DNA from: the human T2T-CHM13v2.0 reference genome, Homo sapiens
NCBI RefSeq assembly: GCF_009914755.1
Contig: NC_060947.1
Reading direction: 5' to 3' (one strand)
DNA length: 64,000 bases
The notes below the pieces were generated by a model, which saw only the letters and a list, made by a program, of their open reading frames with translations, had not been told where the DNA came from and did not search any database. Made by a program: the position numbers and the translations under genes. Below, piece after piece: positions 13,870-32,912 of this stretch. Within the stretch, counting starts at the first letter, position 1, and each line of letters opens with the position of its first letter.

Positions 13870-16412
13870 TGATATAGTTTGGCCGTGTCCCCACACAAAT
13901 TTCATCTTGAATTCCCATGTGTTGTGGGCGGAACCCAGTGGGAGGTAATTGAATCGTGGGGCCAAGTCTTTCCCATGCTCTTCTAATGATAGTGAATAAG
14001 TCTCATGAGATCTGATGGCTTTAAAAAAAGGAGTTCCCTACCAAGCTCTCTCTCTTTGCCTGCCGCCATTCATGTAAGATGTGACTTGCTCCTCCATGCC
14101 TTCCACCATGACTATGAGGCTTCCCCAGCCACGTGGAACTGTAGGTCAATTAAACCTCTTTCTTCTGTAAACTTTCCAGTCTCAGGTATGTCTTTTTCAG
14201 GAGTGTGAAAACAGACTAATACAGTAAATTGGCACCAGTAGAGCAGAGCATTGCTGAAAACATACCCAAAAATGTGGAAGTGACTTTGGAACTGGGTAAC
14301 AGGGAGAGGTTGGAACAGTTCGGAGGGCTCAGAAGAAAGGAAAATGTGGGAAAGTTTGGAACTTCCTAGAGACTTGTTGAATGGCTTTGACAAAAATACT
14401 GATAGTCCAGGCTGAGGCGGTCTCAGAGATGAGGAACTTGTTGAGAACTGGAGCAAAGGTGACTTGTGTTATGTTTTAGCAAAGAGACTGATGGCATTTT
14501 GTCCCTGCCCTAGAGATCTGTGGAACCTTAAACTTGAAAAAGATTATTTAGGGTATCTTTCAGAAGACATTTCTAAGCAGCAAAGCATTCACGAGGTGAC
14601 TTTGGTGCTGCTGGGTGCTGTTACGGGTGCTGTAAAAAGCATTCAGTTTTATAAGGGAAGCAGAGCATAAAAGTACAGAAAATTTGCAGCCTGACAATGT
14701 GATAGAAAAGAAAATCCCATTTTTCTGAGGAGAAATTCAAGCCAAGCCGGATGCAGAAATTTGCATAAGTAACAAGGGGCTGAATGTTAATCCCCAAGAC
14801 AATGGGGAAAATGTCTCTAGGACATTTCAGAGATCTTCAGGGCAGTTCTTTGCCCCCTCCGCCATCACAGGCCTAGAGGTCTAGGAATAAAAAGTGGTTT
14901 TTGTGGGCCAGGTCAAGAGTCCCCATGCTATGTGCAGCCTAGGGACTTGGTGCCCTAAGTCTCAGCTGCTCCAACCATGACTAAAAGGGGCCAATATAGA
15001 GCTCAGGCTGTGGCTTGAGAGGCTGCAAGCCTCACGTCTTGGCAGCTTTCATGTGGTGTTAAGCCTGCGAGTGCACAAAAGTCAAGAATTGAGGTTTGGG
15101 AACCTCTGCCTAGATTTCAGAAGATGTATGGAAATGCCTGAATATCTAGGCAGAAGTTTGCTGAAGGGGCAGGGCTCTCATAGAGGAACTCTGCTGGGCA
15201 GTGCAGAAGGGAAATGTGGGGTTGGAGCACCCACACAGAGTCTGGACTGGGGAACTGCCTAATGGAGCTGTGAGAAGAGGGCCACCATACTCCAGGTCCA
15301 TAATGGTACAGCCACTGACAGCTTGCACTGTGCACCTGGAAAGGCTGCAGATGGTTAATACCAGCCTGTGAAAGCAGCTGGAAAGAAGGCTGTAGCTTGC
15401 AAAGCCACAGGAGCAGAGCTGCCCCAGACCATGGGAACACCTCTTTCATCAATGTGACCTAGATATTAGACATGGAGTTGAAGGAGATCATTTTGGAGCT
15501 TTAAGATTTGACTGGTCCACTGGATTTGAGACTTGCATGGGCCCTGTAACTCCTTTATTTTATTAGATATGAGTTCTAAATTTCTCTTCAAAGAATCAAT
15601 ATGTCAGTATGTTCAATTCTTTGCCTTCTACTTTTAAACTTAACTTCCTCATAAATAAACATTTTTCGATCACCTGCTCCACCCTGACTCCCGCCAAACC
15701 ACTCACCCTGTCCCTCTCTTTAAATTAGCCAATCAGAATTGGTGTAGCCTGTGTGGTCTAACCCTAGCTAATAGGGGAATGACACAGCAGCAGGGGCCAC
15801 ATGCGTCAGGGATAAGAACTCCTCCCCCTCCTTTGTCTAAGTGTGTGCTCACCATCGCTCCATCTGTAAGGGCGCACGCTTCTATAGAATTACATTGCCT
15901 TGCTGAGAATTAAAAAGGAAATTTCATATTGGTGTGCTGTTTCTTTTGTAGCACTGAAACTTTATAACAATTTAGGGGCTCATCCATGATTACATTCCCC
16001 TCTGGGGGCGGTCTCTGGTTCTCTCTCGTGAGAAGGCATGCCCCGCCTCCTTATGGCAGCCTCAGGGGTGAGAAATCAGGACTCACCCAGTGCAGGAAAT
16101 AACCCGAGCTCTCAGCAACGTGAAAAGAAACTGGCCAGCGACCTAGGGTAAAGGATCCTCACATTCTGCGGTGATGACTGTGCAGAGACCAAGGAAGGAG
16201 AAGCCACTGGAGCCAGTGAAGTAGTTCCTTGGTGGTCAGATTCTGGAGGGCTGAATGTGTGTGTGCGTGAATGATCACAAACAACTCTGCTTGCAGTGTT
16301 GTTCATGTGGATGGTGACAAGTCCTGCTGCTGGATGGAGTGAATGGGTCCTCTCTGTGAGTGGGAAGTGTGCAAAGGACCTTCAGAGGGGAAAAGGGGGG
16401 AAACAGGTCAAG

Positions 16413-16560
16413 CTTCCAGGACAGGCAAGGCAAGACACCCCTGGTTTGAGGGGTTGAGCCTTCCAGAGCAGGCAAGGCAAGACACCCCTGGTTTGAGGGG
16501 TTGAGACTTCCAGGGCAGACAAGGCAGGACACCCCTGGTTTGAGGGGTTGAGACTTCCGC
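16413..16560. repeat. Three 47-bp tandem repeats inside the ERV
   Basis: 'cttccag..caggcaaggcaagacacccctggtttgaggggttgag' at ~16413, 16460, 16507. Confidence 0.9.
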
Positions 16561-16740
16561 TAATTTCAAGGGTTGGACCTCACATAAACCCCCACTTTTC
16601 TTTCTTCTTGGGGGAAGGAAGAGTAGTTCCACTCCTGCTGGTCCCTCCTCTAGGGAAAGGTGAAGGAGAGGGGAGAACAGCAGCATACGTGGCTGGCAGA
16701 GGCAAGGAAAGACCAGTAGAGAGGAGGGAGGGAGAGGGAA

Positions 16741-16746
<6 letters not shown>

Positions 16747-16800
<54 letters not shown>
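16747..16800. repeat. (GA)n microsatellite in the ERV internal region
   Basis: Direct reading. Confidence 0.98.
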
Positions 16801-16804
<4 letters not shown>

Positions 16805-18186
16805 TCAGAAAGAGACAGAAAGTCAAAGAGAGAAAGAAAGAGAAGTAATAAAGAGAAAACAGTGTACCCCATTCCTTTAAAAGCCAGGGTAAATTTAAAA
16901 CCTATAATTGATAATTGAAGGTCTTCTCCGTGACCCTATAACACTCCAATACCACCTTGTTGTCAGCGTAAACAAGGGCATAGCCCAAGAGCACTGAGGC
17001 CACTGACAACCCATAGCCTTCCTAATCAAAAATCCTTAACCCAGTAACCTGTGGATGGCCCAGATACATTCAATCTGTAGTGATAACTGCTTTGCCAACA
17101 GAAGGAAGTATGAGGAGACTCTGTTAAAAAAAAAGATGATTCAACATTAACCACTAAAAATTCCCTTAACCCAGCAGGTTTCCTAACAGGGGATCTAAAT
17201 CTTAATTAATTACTATAGAAAGGTCCAGACCATACCTAGGAGGAACTCCCTTTAGGACAGGACAATAGATTGTTCCTCCTGGGTGATTGAGGGAAAAAGG
17301 CACAATGGGTATTCAGTAATTGACAGGGAAACCCTTGTAGAAGCAGTGTTAGGAAAATTGCCTAATAATTGGTCTGCTCAAACGGGCGAGCTGTTTGCAC
17401 TCAGCCAAGCTTTAAGTATTTACACAACCAGGAAGGAACCATCTATACCAATTCTAAGTTAATTTGGACTAAACAAGGTCTTATTAATAGCAAAGGATAA
17501 ATGAAATCCCAAACTTACAAGGTTTTCAACAAAAGTAAAGTTTGCTAAAAGTTAACAGTGTAACATGTATTATCCTAACTTCTAATCTTGCAGCCTTAGG
17601 CAGTCTAGCCCACAGACATGAAGGAAGTTTGATCTGGAGAAGAATAGAAAAAAAAAAGTGGGGGGAGGGGAAGAATTTATATAGAAAGAATGTTATATGG
17701 TAAATTCTTGTCCTAAAATAAATTAACTGGTTGTTTAAAGAAAGGGATGTTTGCAACAAGTCAGAAGGTTGAGGTATGTTGATGACTGTGAAAGTCGTGG
17801 AAAAAAAGTTATAAAAGGGAATTTATGAAAGAAATATTGTACAATTTGAAAGTAATTAGGCCTCCTGAATGTAAAACTATTGAAGAAACAGTTTATGTGC
17901 AAGGTGTGCAAGGAAAGTAAAATATACTTTTGGTAAAAGGATTATAAAGCGGCATAAGAATGTGGATTTTTTACCTACATTAAAAGGTTAAAAAATTTGA
18001 TTTAAAGGTTTAAGCAAGTTTTAAAATGTTAATTGTAAAAGAAATTCTGTGTGTAAACATATTGTTAAAGGGGTATCATCCAGTCTTTCTGTGAACTGGA
18101 AATCAAAATAAAAGCACAACAGGGTTTTCTTAAATCACCATCCTGCTCTTTAACAAAAATTATAAAAGGTTAAAAAATGTCTATAA

Positions 18187-18499
<313 letters not shown>

Positions 18500-19089
18500 T
18501 TATTGTCACACGTTAAAATTGGATAAATATGTCTACAAGGTTTTATTAAAATTGAGTTTAGCATTAATAACACACTAATATAAAGGTGACATTTAGCTTA
18601 TCTGGTATAAAAAATCATACAGGAAGCATTGTCAAATATGAAATGGTATTTGGCTTTCTTTGGTCTAAAAACTAATAAAAATAGAGGCTAAAGGAAATTT
18701 CTCAGTAAGAAGGCACCAAGGACTATAAAGTCGACTGCTGATGTCCCCACATTTAAAACAAAAGATTAATTTCTTAGAAATGATATACTTGGTTTATCTT
18801 CCACTTTCCTTTCTCGCAAAACTAAACGTCTTTTAGCACAGGTACCACCCCTAGAATTTCCGGTAAACCAGCACCAGCCTGAGGATCACGTGCTCATTGA
18901 AGGGTGAAAAGAAGGAAAACTCGAGCAGCCTGGGAAGGACCCTACTTTGTGCTGCTAACCACCAAGACTGCTGTTCATACAGAGGAAAGGGAATGGACTC
19001 AACACACCCGAGTCAAGAAAGCGCCAATCCCTCCAGAGTTGAAGGCCATAGTCCCAGGGGAAAACCCTACCAAACCAAAGCTAAGAAAA

Positions 19090-22400
<3,311 letters not shown>

Positions 22401-23493
22401 TTATTAGATATGAATTCTACATTTCTCTTCAAAGCAGCAATATGTCAGAATGTTCAATTCTTTGCCTTCTACTTTTAAACTTAACTTCCTCGTAAAGCAA
22501 CCTTTTTTGATCACCTGTTCCATCCTGACTCACTTCAATTACCTGCTTCACCCTTACCTGCTCCACCCTGACTCCCCAAACCACTCACTCAGTCACTCTC
22601 TTTAAATTAGCCAATTGGAATTAGTTTAGCCTGTGCTGTCTAACCCAAGCCAATAAGGGAACAACAGAGCAGCAGGGGCCACATGCATCAGGGATAAGAA
22701 CCCCTTCCCCTCCTTTGTCCAAGTGTGTGCTCACCATTGCTCCATCTGTAAGGGTGCACCCTTCTATAGAAGTACATTGCCTTGCTGAGAATTAAAAAGA
22801 AAATTTTATATTCATGTGCTATTTCTTTTGTGGCACCGAAACTTTATTTATAAAAGTTTTGACCAATTTCTCCCATTTGGAATGGCATTATTTACCCAAT
22901 GCCTAAATCCCCACTATATCTAGGAAGTAACTAACCTGCTTTTGATTTTACAGGCTCATAGGTGGAAGGGACTTGCCTTGTCTCAGATAAGACTTTCGAC
23001 TGTGGACTTTTGAGTTAATGCTGAAATGAGTTAAAACTCCGGGGGACTGTTGGGAAGCCATGATTGGATTTAAGATGCGAGGGCATTAGATATGGGAGGC
23101 ACCAGGGGCAGAATGGTATGGTTTGGCTGTGTCCGGCTGTGTCCCCACTCCCCACCCAAATCTCATCTTGAATTCCCACATGTTGTGGGAGGGATCTGGT
23201 GGGAGATAACTGAAATGAGGGCAAGTCTTTCCCGTGCTATTCTCATGGTAGTGAATAAGTCTCATGAGATCCATGGTTTTAAAAAGAGGAGTTCCCCTGC
23301 ACAAGCTCTCCCTCTTTGACTGCTGCCATCCATGTAAGACAAGACTTGCTCCTCTTTGCCTTCCACCATGATTGTGAGGCTTTCCCAGCCATGTGGAACT
23401 GTAAGTCAGTTAAATCTCTTTCTTTCAGCAGCATGAAAACAGACTAAAACAACATGAAAACCTCTTTCAGCAGCATGAAAACACACTAAAACC

Positions 23494-24055
23494 ATGTCCA
23501 TCAACAGATGAATGGATAAAGAAAATGTTATACTGATACATAATGAAGTACATAGAAAAGCCTTAAAACAATGAGATTCTGTCATTTGCAACAACATGGA
23601 CAAAACTTGAGGTCATTATGTTAAGTGAAATCAACCAGGCATGGAAAAACAAACATCACGTCTTTTCACTTATTGTCCGATGTAAAAACCAAAACAATTG
23701 AATGCATGAAGATAGTGAATAGAAGGTTCATTACCAGAGGCTGCTAAGTTTTTTAGGGTTCTTTTAGTTGGTGGGGATGGTTGATGGGTACAAAAATAAG
23801 AAGAAGAAATTATACCTAATATTGATAGCACAATATAACTATAGTCAAAATAATTCAATTATACATTTTAATTAACTAAAACAGTATATTAGAATTCTTT
23901 GTAATAAAAAGGATAAATGCTTCAGGAGATAGATAACTCATTTTTCATGATGTGATTATTATACATTTCATGCCTGTATCAAAATATCTCATATACTCCA
24001 TAAATACATACATCTACTACGTACCCATGAAAATGAAAAATGAAAAATTTAGAAA
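23494..24055 (+). mobile_element. 3' end of the L1MA that starts at ~8745
   Basis: Resumes 'atgtccatcaacagatgaatgg' after the THE1 TSD. L1MA 3'UTR and A-rich tail. Confidence 0.88.
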
Positions 24056-25420
24056 GAAAATACCAAAAACTACAGAACAAACAGCTGGCAATTAATAAAA
24101 TCTAACAATTTGCTGTGACACCAAATGAGACAGACAGCTTAACTGAGAAATCAGGGAAATTGACAAATACATCTCTGCTAAAGCTACTGTTATCCCATGG
24201 TACCTTTGTGTACTCAAAAGTCTGCATCCTCTGAGAAGAAACATCAGAAGAGTCACATTAAGGAAGAAGAATACTTACAATAGTTCAAGCAAGTCACTAA
24301 ACAATTAAACAAGGACAAAAACAAGATACAGGGAGTAAATTTCCAGAGTTAATGAATCTATTACCTCAATTTTTGAGTTTTCAAGAAAAAAAAATTCATG
24401 ACATGCAAAGAAACAGAAAGTTTGACATATACACAAGAATAAAATGAGGGAACAGAAACTATGAGAGAGCCCAGATGTCAGATTTAAAAGATAATACTTC
24501 AAGGCAACCATTACAAATATGTCCAAAGGAAAAACAGAAAACCATAATTAATGATGTAAAGGAAGCTTTCATGGCAATAGAGAATATCAATAATGAAAGA
24601 GAAATTATTAAAAAGAGCCAAATAACATTCTGGAATTGAAACTGACAGAGACTGAAATATAAATTTCGCCAGAAAAGGTTAACAGCAGATTTCAACTGGC
24701 AGACAAAAAAAATCACAAACTTGAAGAAAGAGAAAGTTTTTTAATAAGAAAAACAAGAAAAAAAAATGAAGAAAATTCAACAGGGCTTCAGACAAGCACA
24801 AGACACCGTTTACCATACCAACACATGTTTAACAGGAAATCAAGAAGAGGATACGGAGAACAGAACAGAAAAAATTCAAAGAAAATAGTTGAACATTTTC
24901 TAAATTTGATTAAAAGCATAATTTTGAACATCTAAACATTCAACAAACTCTAAGTAATATAAATGCAAAGAGATGCATACCAAGTCATCATAGCAAAAAC
25001 GCTGAAATACAACAACAAAAAGAAAATCATGAAAACAGCAAGAGAAAAATGACTTGTCATGCATAAAAGAAACTCTAAGAATAAGATCTGACTTCTCATC
25101 AGAAGCAAAGGAGGCCAGAAAGAAATAAGATTACCTATTACAGCACTGATAGAAAAAACAACAGCAACAACAAAACTGTTAACCAAGAATCATAAACCCA
25201 GGGGTAAAAATGAAGGCAAAATTAAGGCATTTCCAATTAAAACAAACTGAATTTGTTGCTAGTGAACCAAGCTGACAAGATACTTAATAAAGGCAGTTTT
25301 TGAAAATGAAAAGAAAGTGATACCATGTGCTAATTCAAATCCACATGAAAAAACAAAGAGCCATGATAAAGGCAATTTTGTAACATTAAAAGACAATATA
25401 AATACGTATTTCTTCTCTCC

Positions 25421-26185
25421 TGAGGACTAAGCTCTGATTTTGTTTCATCTTGCCCAAATTTCTATCTAAGGTGTCTGGGGAGTCATGCTCTGTAAATGAT
25501 AAATTCTCATCAGATGGATTTCATTTAACCCTATATACTGTGACTTTCTTTCCAATCTGACTCTGGCATAACATTATGTGATTAAGAAAATCAAAAGATT
25601 TTACCTCAAAACATTTTTTTTCTCCCCCATATTTTGAAATGGCCCTGCAAAGCTGTCCTAACTTTGTGGGTGAAAATTTCCATCTGTAAAGGATCTCTAT
25701 TAACATAGCTAGATCTTTTTCTTCCTGGCCCTCCCAATCCTGAAGAGATTAACTGAGAGTCTAGCACTTTTTAAAGGTCTGAATAGGATACACTTGTTAT
25801 CTGTTGTCTCTAAGGGCAGCTACTAAGAGACTTCAAAAAACCTTGGTCTCCACAATCTTATCTTAACCTGAACATTTCCTTTCTGTTAATACCGGACCTT
25901 TAGACAAACTCAACCAACTGTCAACCAGATAATGTTTAAATTTACCTATAGCCTGGAAGCCTCCCACTTCAAAATGTCTTGCATTTCTGAATCAAACCAA
26001 TGTATTTATCAAGTGTATTTGATTGATGTCTCTTGCCTCCCTAAAATGTATAAAACCAAGTTGCACACCCACCACCTTGGACACATGTTCTCAGACCTCC
26101 TGAAGGCTGTCACAGGCCATGGTCACTCATATTTGGCTCAGAATAAATCTCTTCAAGTATTTTAGAGTTTGACTCTTTGTCAACA
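25421..26185 (+). mobile_element. MER4-group (MER4D/E-like) solo LTR
   Basis: 'tgaggactaagctctgatttt'...'aataaatctcttcaa'...'gtcaaca'. 4-bp TSD ctcc/ctct. Confidence 0.8.
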
Positions 26186-26221
26186 CTCTCCTACTCTAAA
26201 CTGACTTAAAAACTATTGTAT

Positions 26222-26528
<307 letters not shown>

Positions 26529-26538
26529 CTATTGTATA

Positions 26539-26851
26539 CGACCGGGCGTGGTGGCTCATGCCTGTAATCCCAGCACTTTGGGAGGCTGAGGTGGTTGGAT
26601 CACTTGAGGTTAGGAGTTCAAGACCAGCCTGGCCAACATGGTGAAACCCTGTCCCTACTAAAAATACAAAAATTAGCCGGGTGTGGTGGTGGACACCTGT
26701 AATCCCAGCTACTCAGGAGGCTGAGGCAGGAGAGTTGCTTGAACCCAGGAGGCAGAGGTTGCAGTGAGCCAAGATCATGCCACTATAGTCCAATAGTCCA
26801 GCCTGGGTGACAGGGCAAGACAGTCTCAAAACACAAACAAACAAACAAAAA
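26539..26851 (+). mobile_element. AluS, second of a tandem pair
   Basis: Alu dimer with (CAAA)n tail. Confidence 0.95.
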
Positions 26852-27768
26852 ACTATTGTGTAAAGCAATATGTATTGTATTTTGGAGAATATACAGAAAA
26901 GAAAGATATTTGAAAATAACAGCAAAAAGTTGAGTGAGGGCAAAGTTCTATTGGAATAAGTCAATTATGCCATATGGTATGGTATGGTAACTCAAACACA
27001 AAGGAACAAATAAAGATAACCAGAAATGGTGAGTAAGCAGGTTAATGTAACAAACTTTGTAAGCATAGACTTGCTCTCTTTTCTTTTCTAAGCTTCTTTG
27101 ACAGACATAAAATTAAACAATCATTATAGCAATACATTGTTGGGGGTTGAAGTATATATAGATGTATTTCGTATAATTATAATAGCACAAAAAGGAGGAA
27201 GAGGAAATAGATATATAGGAGTGATATTTCTGTATTCACAAGATTGGTTTAACATTCTAAAATCAGTCAATGTATTGTACCATATTAAGAGATTAAAGGA
27301 AAAAAGAATATGATCATTTCAACAGATGCTGAAAAAGCAGTTGGCAAAGTTGCACATCCTTAAATGGTAAAAATAAACTCTTGGAAAAGAAGGAAACTAA
27401 CTCAGTCTAATTATGGATATCTATGAAAAACCTACAACCAACAACATATTAAATAGTGAAAGGCTCTTTCTATGTAAGATTGAGAACAAATCTAGAACAT
27501 TGGCACTTAGGATATTTATTTATCATTGCACCTGGATAAATTTCCCGAGTTGTTAATAAAGGAAGAAGAAAGAATAAAATAATACATGTTTGGAAGAATG
27601 GAGTAAAACTATTTATAGAAGACACGATCGTGTATTTAGATAACTCTAAGACTACTAGAACTAACAAATGAATATAGCAGAGTTGCAGGATGTAAGTTCA
27701 CTAAATAAAAATCAATTCCATGTCTATATAACTACAACCAACAATTAAAACATAAAATTAAATATTTC

Positions 27769-28046
27769 GGCCAGGCGCAGTGGCTCAAGCCTGTAATCCT
27801 ACCACTCTGGGAGACCAAGGTGGGCGGATCATGAAGTCAGCAGTTCGAGACCCTCCTGGCTAACATGGTGGAACCCTGTCTCTACTAAAAATACAAAGAA
27901 TTAGCTGGGCTTGGTGGCGGGCACCTGTAGTCTGAGGAGGCTGAGGCAGGAGAATGGCATGAACCTGGGAGGCGGAGCTTGCAGTGAGCCGAGATGGAGC
28001 CACCGCACTCCAGCCTGGGTGACAGAGTGAGACTCTGTCTCAAAAA

Positions 28047-28077
<31 letters not shown>

Positions 28078-28080
28078 ATA
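27769..28080 (+). mobile_element. AluY/Sc with (TAAA)n tail
   Basis: Alu dimer with a short deletion in the right arm. Confidence 0.93.
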
Positions 28081-29791
28081 TATGTTTCATTAACAATAGC
28101 ATAACAAATATTTAGAAATAAATCAAATGAAAATATGGAAAACTTATAAACTAGAAACTGCAAAACATTCCAAGAAAAAAAAGTACTAAATAAATGGAGA
28201 TACATATCATATTCTTGGATTAGAAGACTCAGTGTAATTAAGAGGTTAACTCACCCACCTCAGTTGATAAAGGAATTCAACGCAACCCCAATCAAAACCC
28301 AAAAAAGTTTTTTTTAGAATAAATTGGAAGGTTCAATTTAAAAGTTATGTAGATATGACCTGGCAATTCCTTTGCAGAGTATACACTGAAAGACAAATCA
28401 GGATTTTGTAGATGCATCTGTTTTTTCATGTTCATTTCAGCATTATTCAAAATTGCCAAGATGTAGAAACAAAGCGTATATCTACAGATGAATGAATAAG
28501 GAAGTTGTGGTATATAAATATATAATTAAATATTAAATGTTTATATATTTAAAAATCCTGCCATTTGCAAAAATATGGATGAACCTGGAGGAAATTATGC
28601 TATATGAAACAAGCCACCTACAGAAAAATACTGCAAGATGTAATTTATATGTAGAATCTTTAAAAAGTCAAATATATAGACACAGAATAAAATGGTGGTT
28701 ACCAGAAATGGGGGGCAGAAGGAAGAGTCGGGAGATGTAGGTCAAAGTGTGCAAACTTGCACATATGTAGGATGGATAAGTCTTGAGATCTAATATACAA
28801 AATAAGTACTATAGTTATAATATTGTGCTGTATACTTGAAATTTGCTGAGAGTACACTTTTGGTGCTCTTAACACATACATACATAAAAGGTAACTATGC
28901 AAGATGATGGGCATGTTAATGTGCTTGACTATAGTAACCATTTCACTACGTATATAAAAACATTATGTTGTATATCTCAAATATACACAATAAATATGAA
29001 AAAGAACACAAATAAAAAATGTTATATAGAAAGTCAAAAGACAGAATATCTAAACAACTTCAAAAAAGAACAAAGTTAAATGATTTATACTACATATTCT
29101 AAAAACTATTATAAAGACTTTCTATGAGGCTACAGGATTAAAGACAATGTGGGTTTTTTTGGTAAGAACAAACGTATTGATCAATGAGATGGAAAAGAGA
29201 GGGCCAACATAAACTCAAACCAATTAGATCAATTAATCGTTGATAAAGTTTTCAACAACACTCAATAGAGATAAGACAGACTTTTCAACAAATGGTGTGT
29301 TGCAGAAATTAGATATCTGTATGGAAAAAAGAATCTCATCTTTAATTCACACCATACATAAAAGCTCAAAATGGATTATAATGCGAAGTGTAAGAAGGAA
29401 TATTATTAAATTTCTATCAGAAAATATACAATAAATTATTTGTGATATTAGGTCAAAAATTTTTAATATAATATCAAAAGCAAAAATAATAAGATAACAA
29501 TTTGATTAGATGGACTTTTTCAAGATTACAAAAATGATATTTGAAAGATACTGCTAAGAAAACTAAAACAATATTGAAGATATAGAATACTCTTTCACGG
29601 GAGGGAAATTACTATGACTACCAAAAGTTATAGTAATTACTAAGTGTGATAGTGGCTTAAGAAATCATATGGATAAGTGTTGAATAGAACTGGGAGCCGA
29701 TGTATTATACTCAATTACTTTTAAAAATATGCATGCTTATTTCATATAACAAAACCACATGTATACTACATGGATTAAAAAGTTGAATTTT

Positions 29792-30161
<370 letters not shown>

Positions 30162-30663
30162 TCAAACCAGATTAAAAAATGTGCACAGGATATTTCTAGA
30201 GAAATTAAAAACACATGGATACTCAAAACCACATTTTAGCTTCTCACAGGGACGTACCTTCTTATGCAAACATGCAAAATATTTTAGAATATTAATTTAA
30301 CAAGAAGTTTACATACGTTGAGGAAGGGATATGAAATGTAGATGGTTTCCCTACAGGTTGTCTAGGTTCAGTAGTTACAGTGAGATAACAGCATACCCAT
30401 CATTTAAAAAATTAAAACAAAAAATCATGCTTTCAAGCTACGAAAACGAATTTACATCATTCATTTCTCTTAAATCATGATCAAGTCACTTAGTTCTACA
30501 TCCAACAATGGCTCCACACTTTAAAACAATAATTAAAATTTGTTCATGCTAATATAAAGAATAGTAAAAAAAATTAACATCCAATATTAACATCGACTTT
30601 ATGCTTCTTAATCTTTTAGGTAGAGTGCTTAGATAAAATCTGTAGACTAATAATAAAAAAATG

Positions 30664-31061
30664 CAGTTCACTCTTGATCAAAGCATGGGTTAGGGGCACT
30701 GACTCCTTGTACAGTCAAAAATCTGTGTATAACTGTTGACTCCCTGCCAACTTAACTGCTAATAGCCTACTGTTAACCAGAAGCCTTACTAATAACATAA
30801 AAGGTCGATTAACACATATTTTGTATATGTATATACTGCATTCTTACAATAAAGTAAGAAAAGTAAATATATACTATTCATTAAGTGGAAGTGTATCATC
30901 ATAAAGGTCTTCATCCTCATCACCTTCATGTTGGGTAGGCTGAGGAGGAGGAGGAAGAGAAGGGGTTGGTCTTGGCTGTCTTAAAGATGGCAGGCATGGA
31001 AGAAAATTGACGTGTAAGTGGACTCACGCATTTCAAACTTGGGTTCTTCAAGAGTCAACTG
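30664..31061. mobile_element. Tigger2a-like non-autonomous DNA transposon
   Basis: TIRs 'cagttcactcttga' and 'tcaagagtcaactg', followed by TA. Confidence 0.8.
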
Positions 31062-31143
31062 TAGATTTATATAAACTTATTTTTTAATTTATATCAGAAT
31101 GTATTAGGTTTGAAGAAATTTACAAAATAATTTTATAAACTAA

Positions 31144-31587
<444 letters not shown>

Positions 31588-31598
31588 TGATAGCTAAC

Positions 31599-31670
31599 CC
31601 TCACTATTCCATTACTTGCCTTTAATACCTAAGTCCTCAAGCATGCCTGTAGTCTAGGTGGAACATGACA
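31599..31670 (-). pseudogene. B-type exon remnant (3' part)
   Basis: 'aatggaatagtgagg|gttag' matches 'aatggaatagtggg|gtttaa' at 49421. Confidence 0.5.
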
Positions 31671-32435
31671 AAACTATAGTTGTTAAATAAAATCTAGATA
31701 GTTACAGTGGATAAAAACAGGTATGGAGAATCTTTATAAAAATATTAAATTAATCATTAATGGAGTCCCATTTTATTAAACATGTAAAAAATTGAAAATT
31801 TTCATTAAAAATCAAGATAATATGCTTTTATTAAAGGTAAACTTAAGAGTAGAATTTATCTTATCAACAGTCGGCAATTTGTTTATATTATTTTATGAAC
31901 ATCCAAGCATTTCCTGCCTGTTAGGAGGTAAAAATTGCACTTCAACATAGCAATACTTGTAAAGTTAATAATAGTAGCACCCCTTATGGCTGTATTAATA
32001 GAGTAGCTGTAATAGTAACAAGCATCATTTGGTGAATGGTTATACATCTTTTGGGCAAGAACTTGGACATTGTTATGGGTAGACATCAGGAACAACCAAT
32101 AACTAAATAAACATTAATAATTCTATAGCCCTGATTTTTTATGAGGAGTAAATGAGGTAATGTAAAAATATATTGGGAGACTGCAAAACAACACAGAAGC
32201 AAGAACATTACTGTCATCACTAGAGTCAATATATATACGTTCCTAAACCCATTTAATTAAGATATGGTAATTTCCTATTTGTTAACTCCTTACTTGACTA
32301 CCAATAAGAAAGTTCTTTTAGGACATTCTCAGACTAGATAAAAATAATCCAAAAATAGTAATATTTAAACAAAATACTTTAATATTTTGGGTTATTTTTA
32401 TCTAGCCTGAGAAATTCCTTCCACTTTCATTCTAC

Positions 32436-32571
32436 CAAAATGTCTTCAAATGGTAATGACTCAGGAGGACACAGTGCCGACACAGGATGGGCAGAAAGCA
32501 AAGTTCTCCAAATCTTCAGATTTACCACCCAGTTCTCAGAATAAAAGCGAGCCTACACTGTAACAGAAAAC
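32436..32571 (-). pseudogene. B-type exon remnant (136 nt)
   Basis: 'ccttttcag|GTTTTC...ATTTTG|gtagaa'. Translates ..NLKIWRTLLSAHPV.. Homologous to 52850-52956 and 47374-47509. Confidence 0.5.
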
Positions 32572-32803
32572 CTGAAAAGGACTTAGGGGAATGTAATTCA
32601 TTCATGAAATGTTATTAGCAAGAAATTATCAGTGTTTTAATTTTTAGCCAGTGATGCCTACTTTACCATTTATCAAATTAAATAATTTTGAATGTACTTT
32701 TTAATAGATAATTTAGGTAAAGCATTCTTCACTAAAAAAGGCAAAACTTTCAAAATAAAAATAAAACAAAGCAAAGGAGAAAAGGAACTCAGGTACTATC
32801 CAC

Positions 32804-32912
32804 CTAACTTGCTATTCCATGATAAAGCAGTTCCTAACAGGTCAATGGGTTCAGAAAGTTTATTGAATTCTAATTCATTAAACCGTTGAATGCAATCATC
32901 CAACTAAATGAG
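32804..32912 (-). pseudogene. C-type exon remnant
   Basis: 'ttattttttag|CTC'. LI*LDDCIQRFNELEFNK versus LFLLDYYTYSFYELELNK at 53382-53493. Confidence 0.65.

Noticed and set aside
16548-16880. ER-rich and SL-rich ORFs
   Set aside because: Translations of the (GA)n microsatellite.
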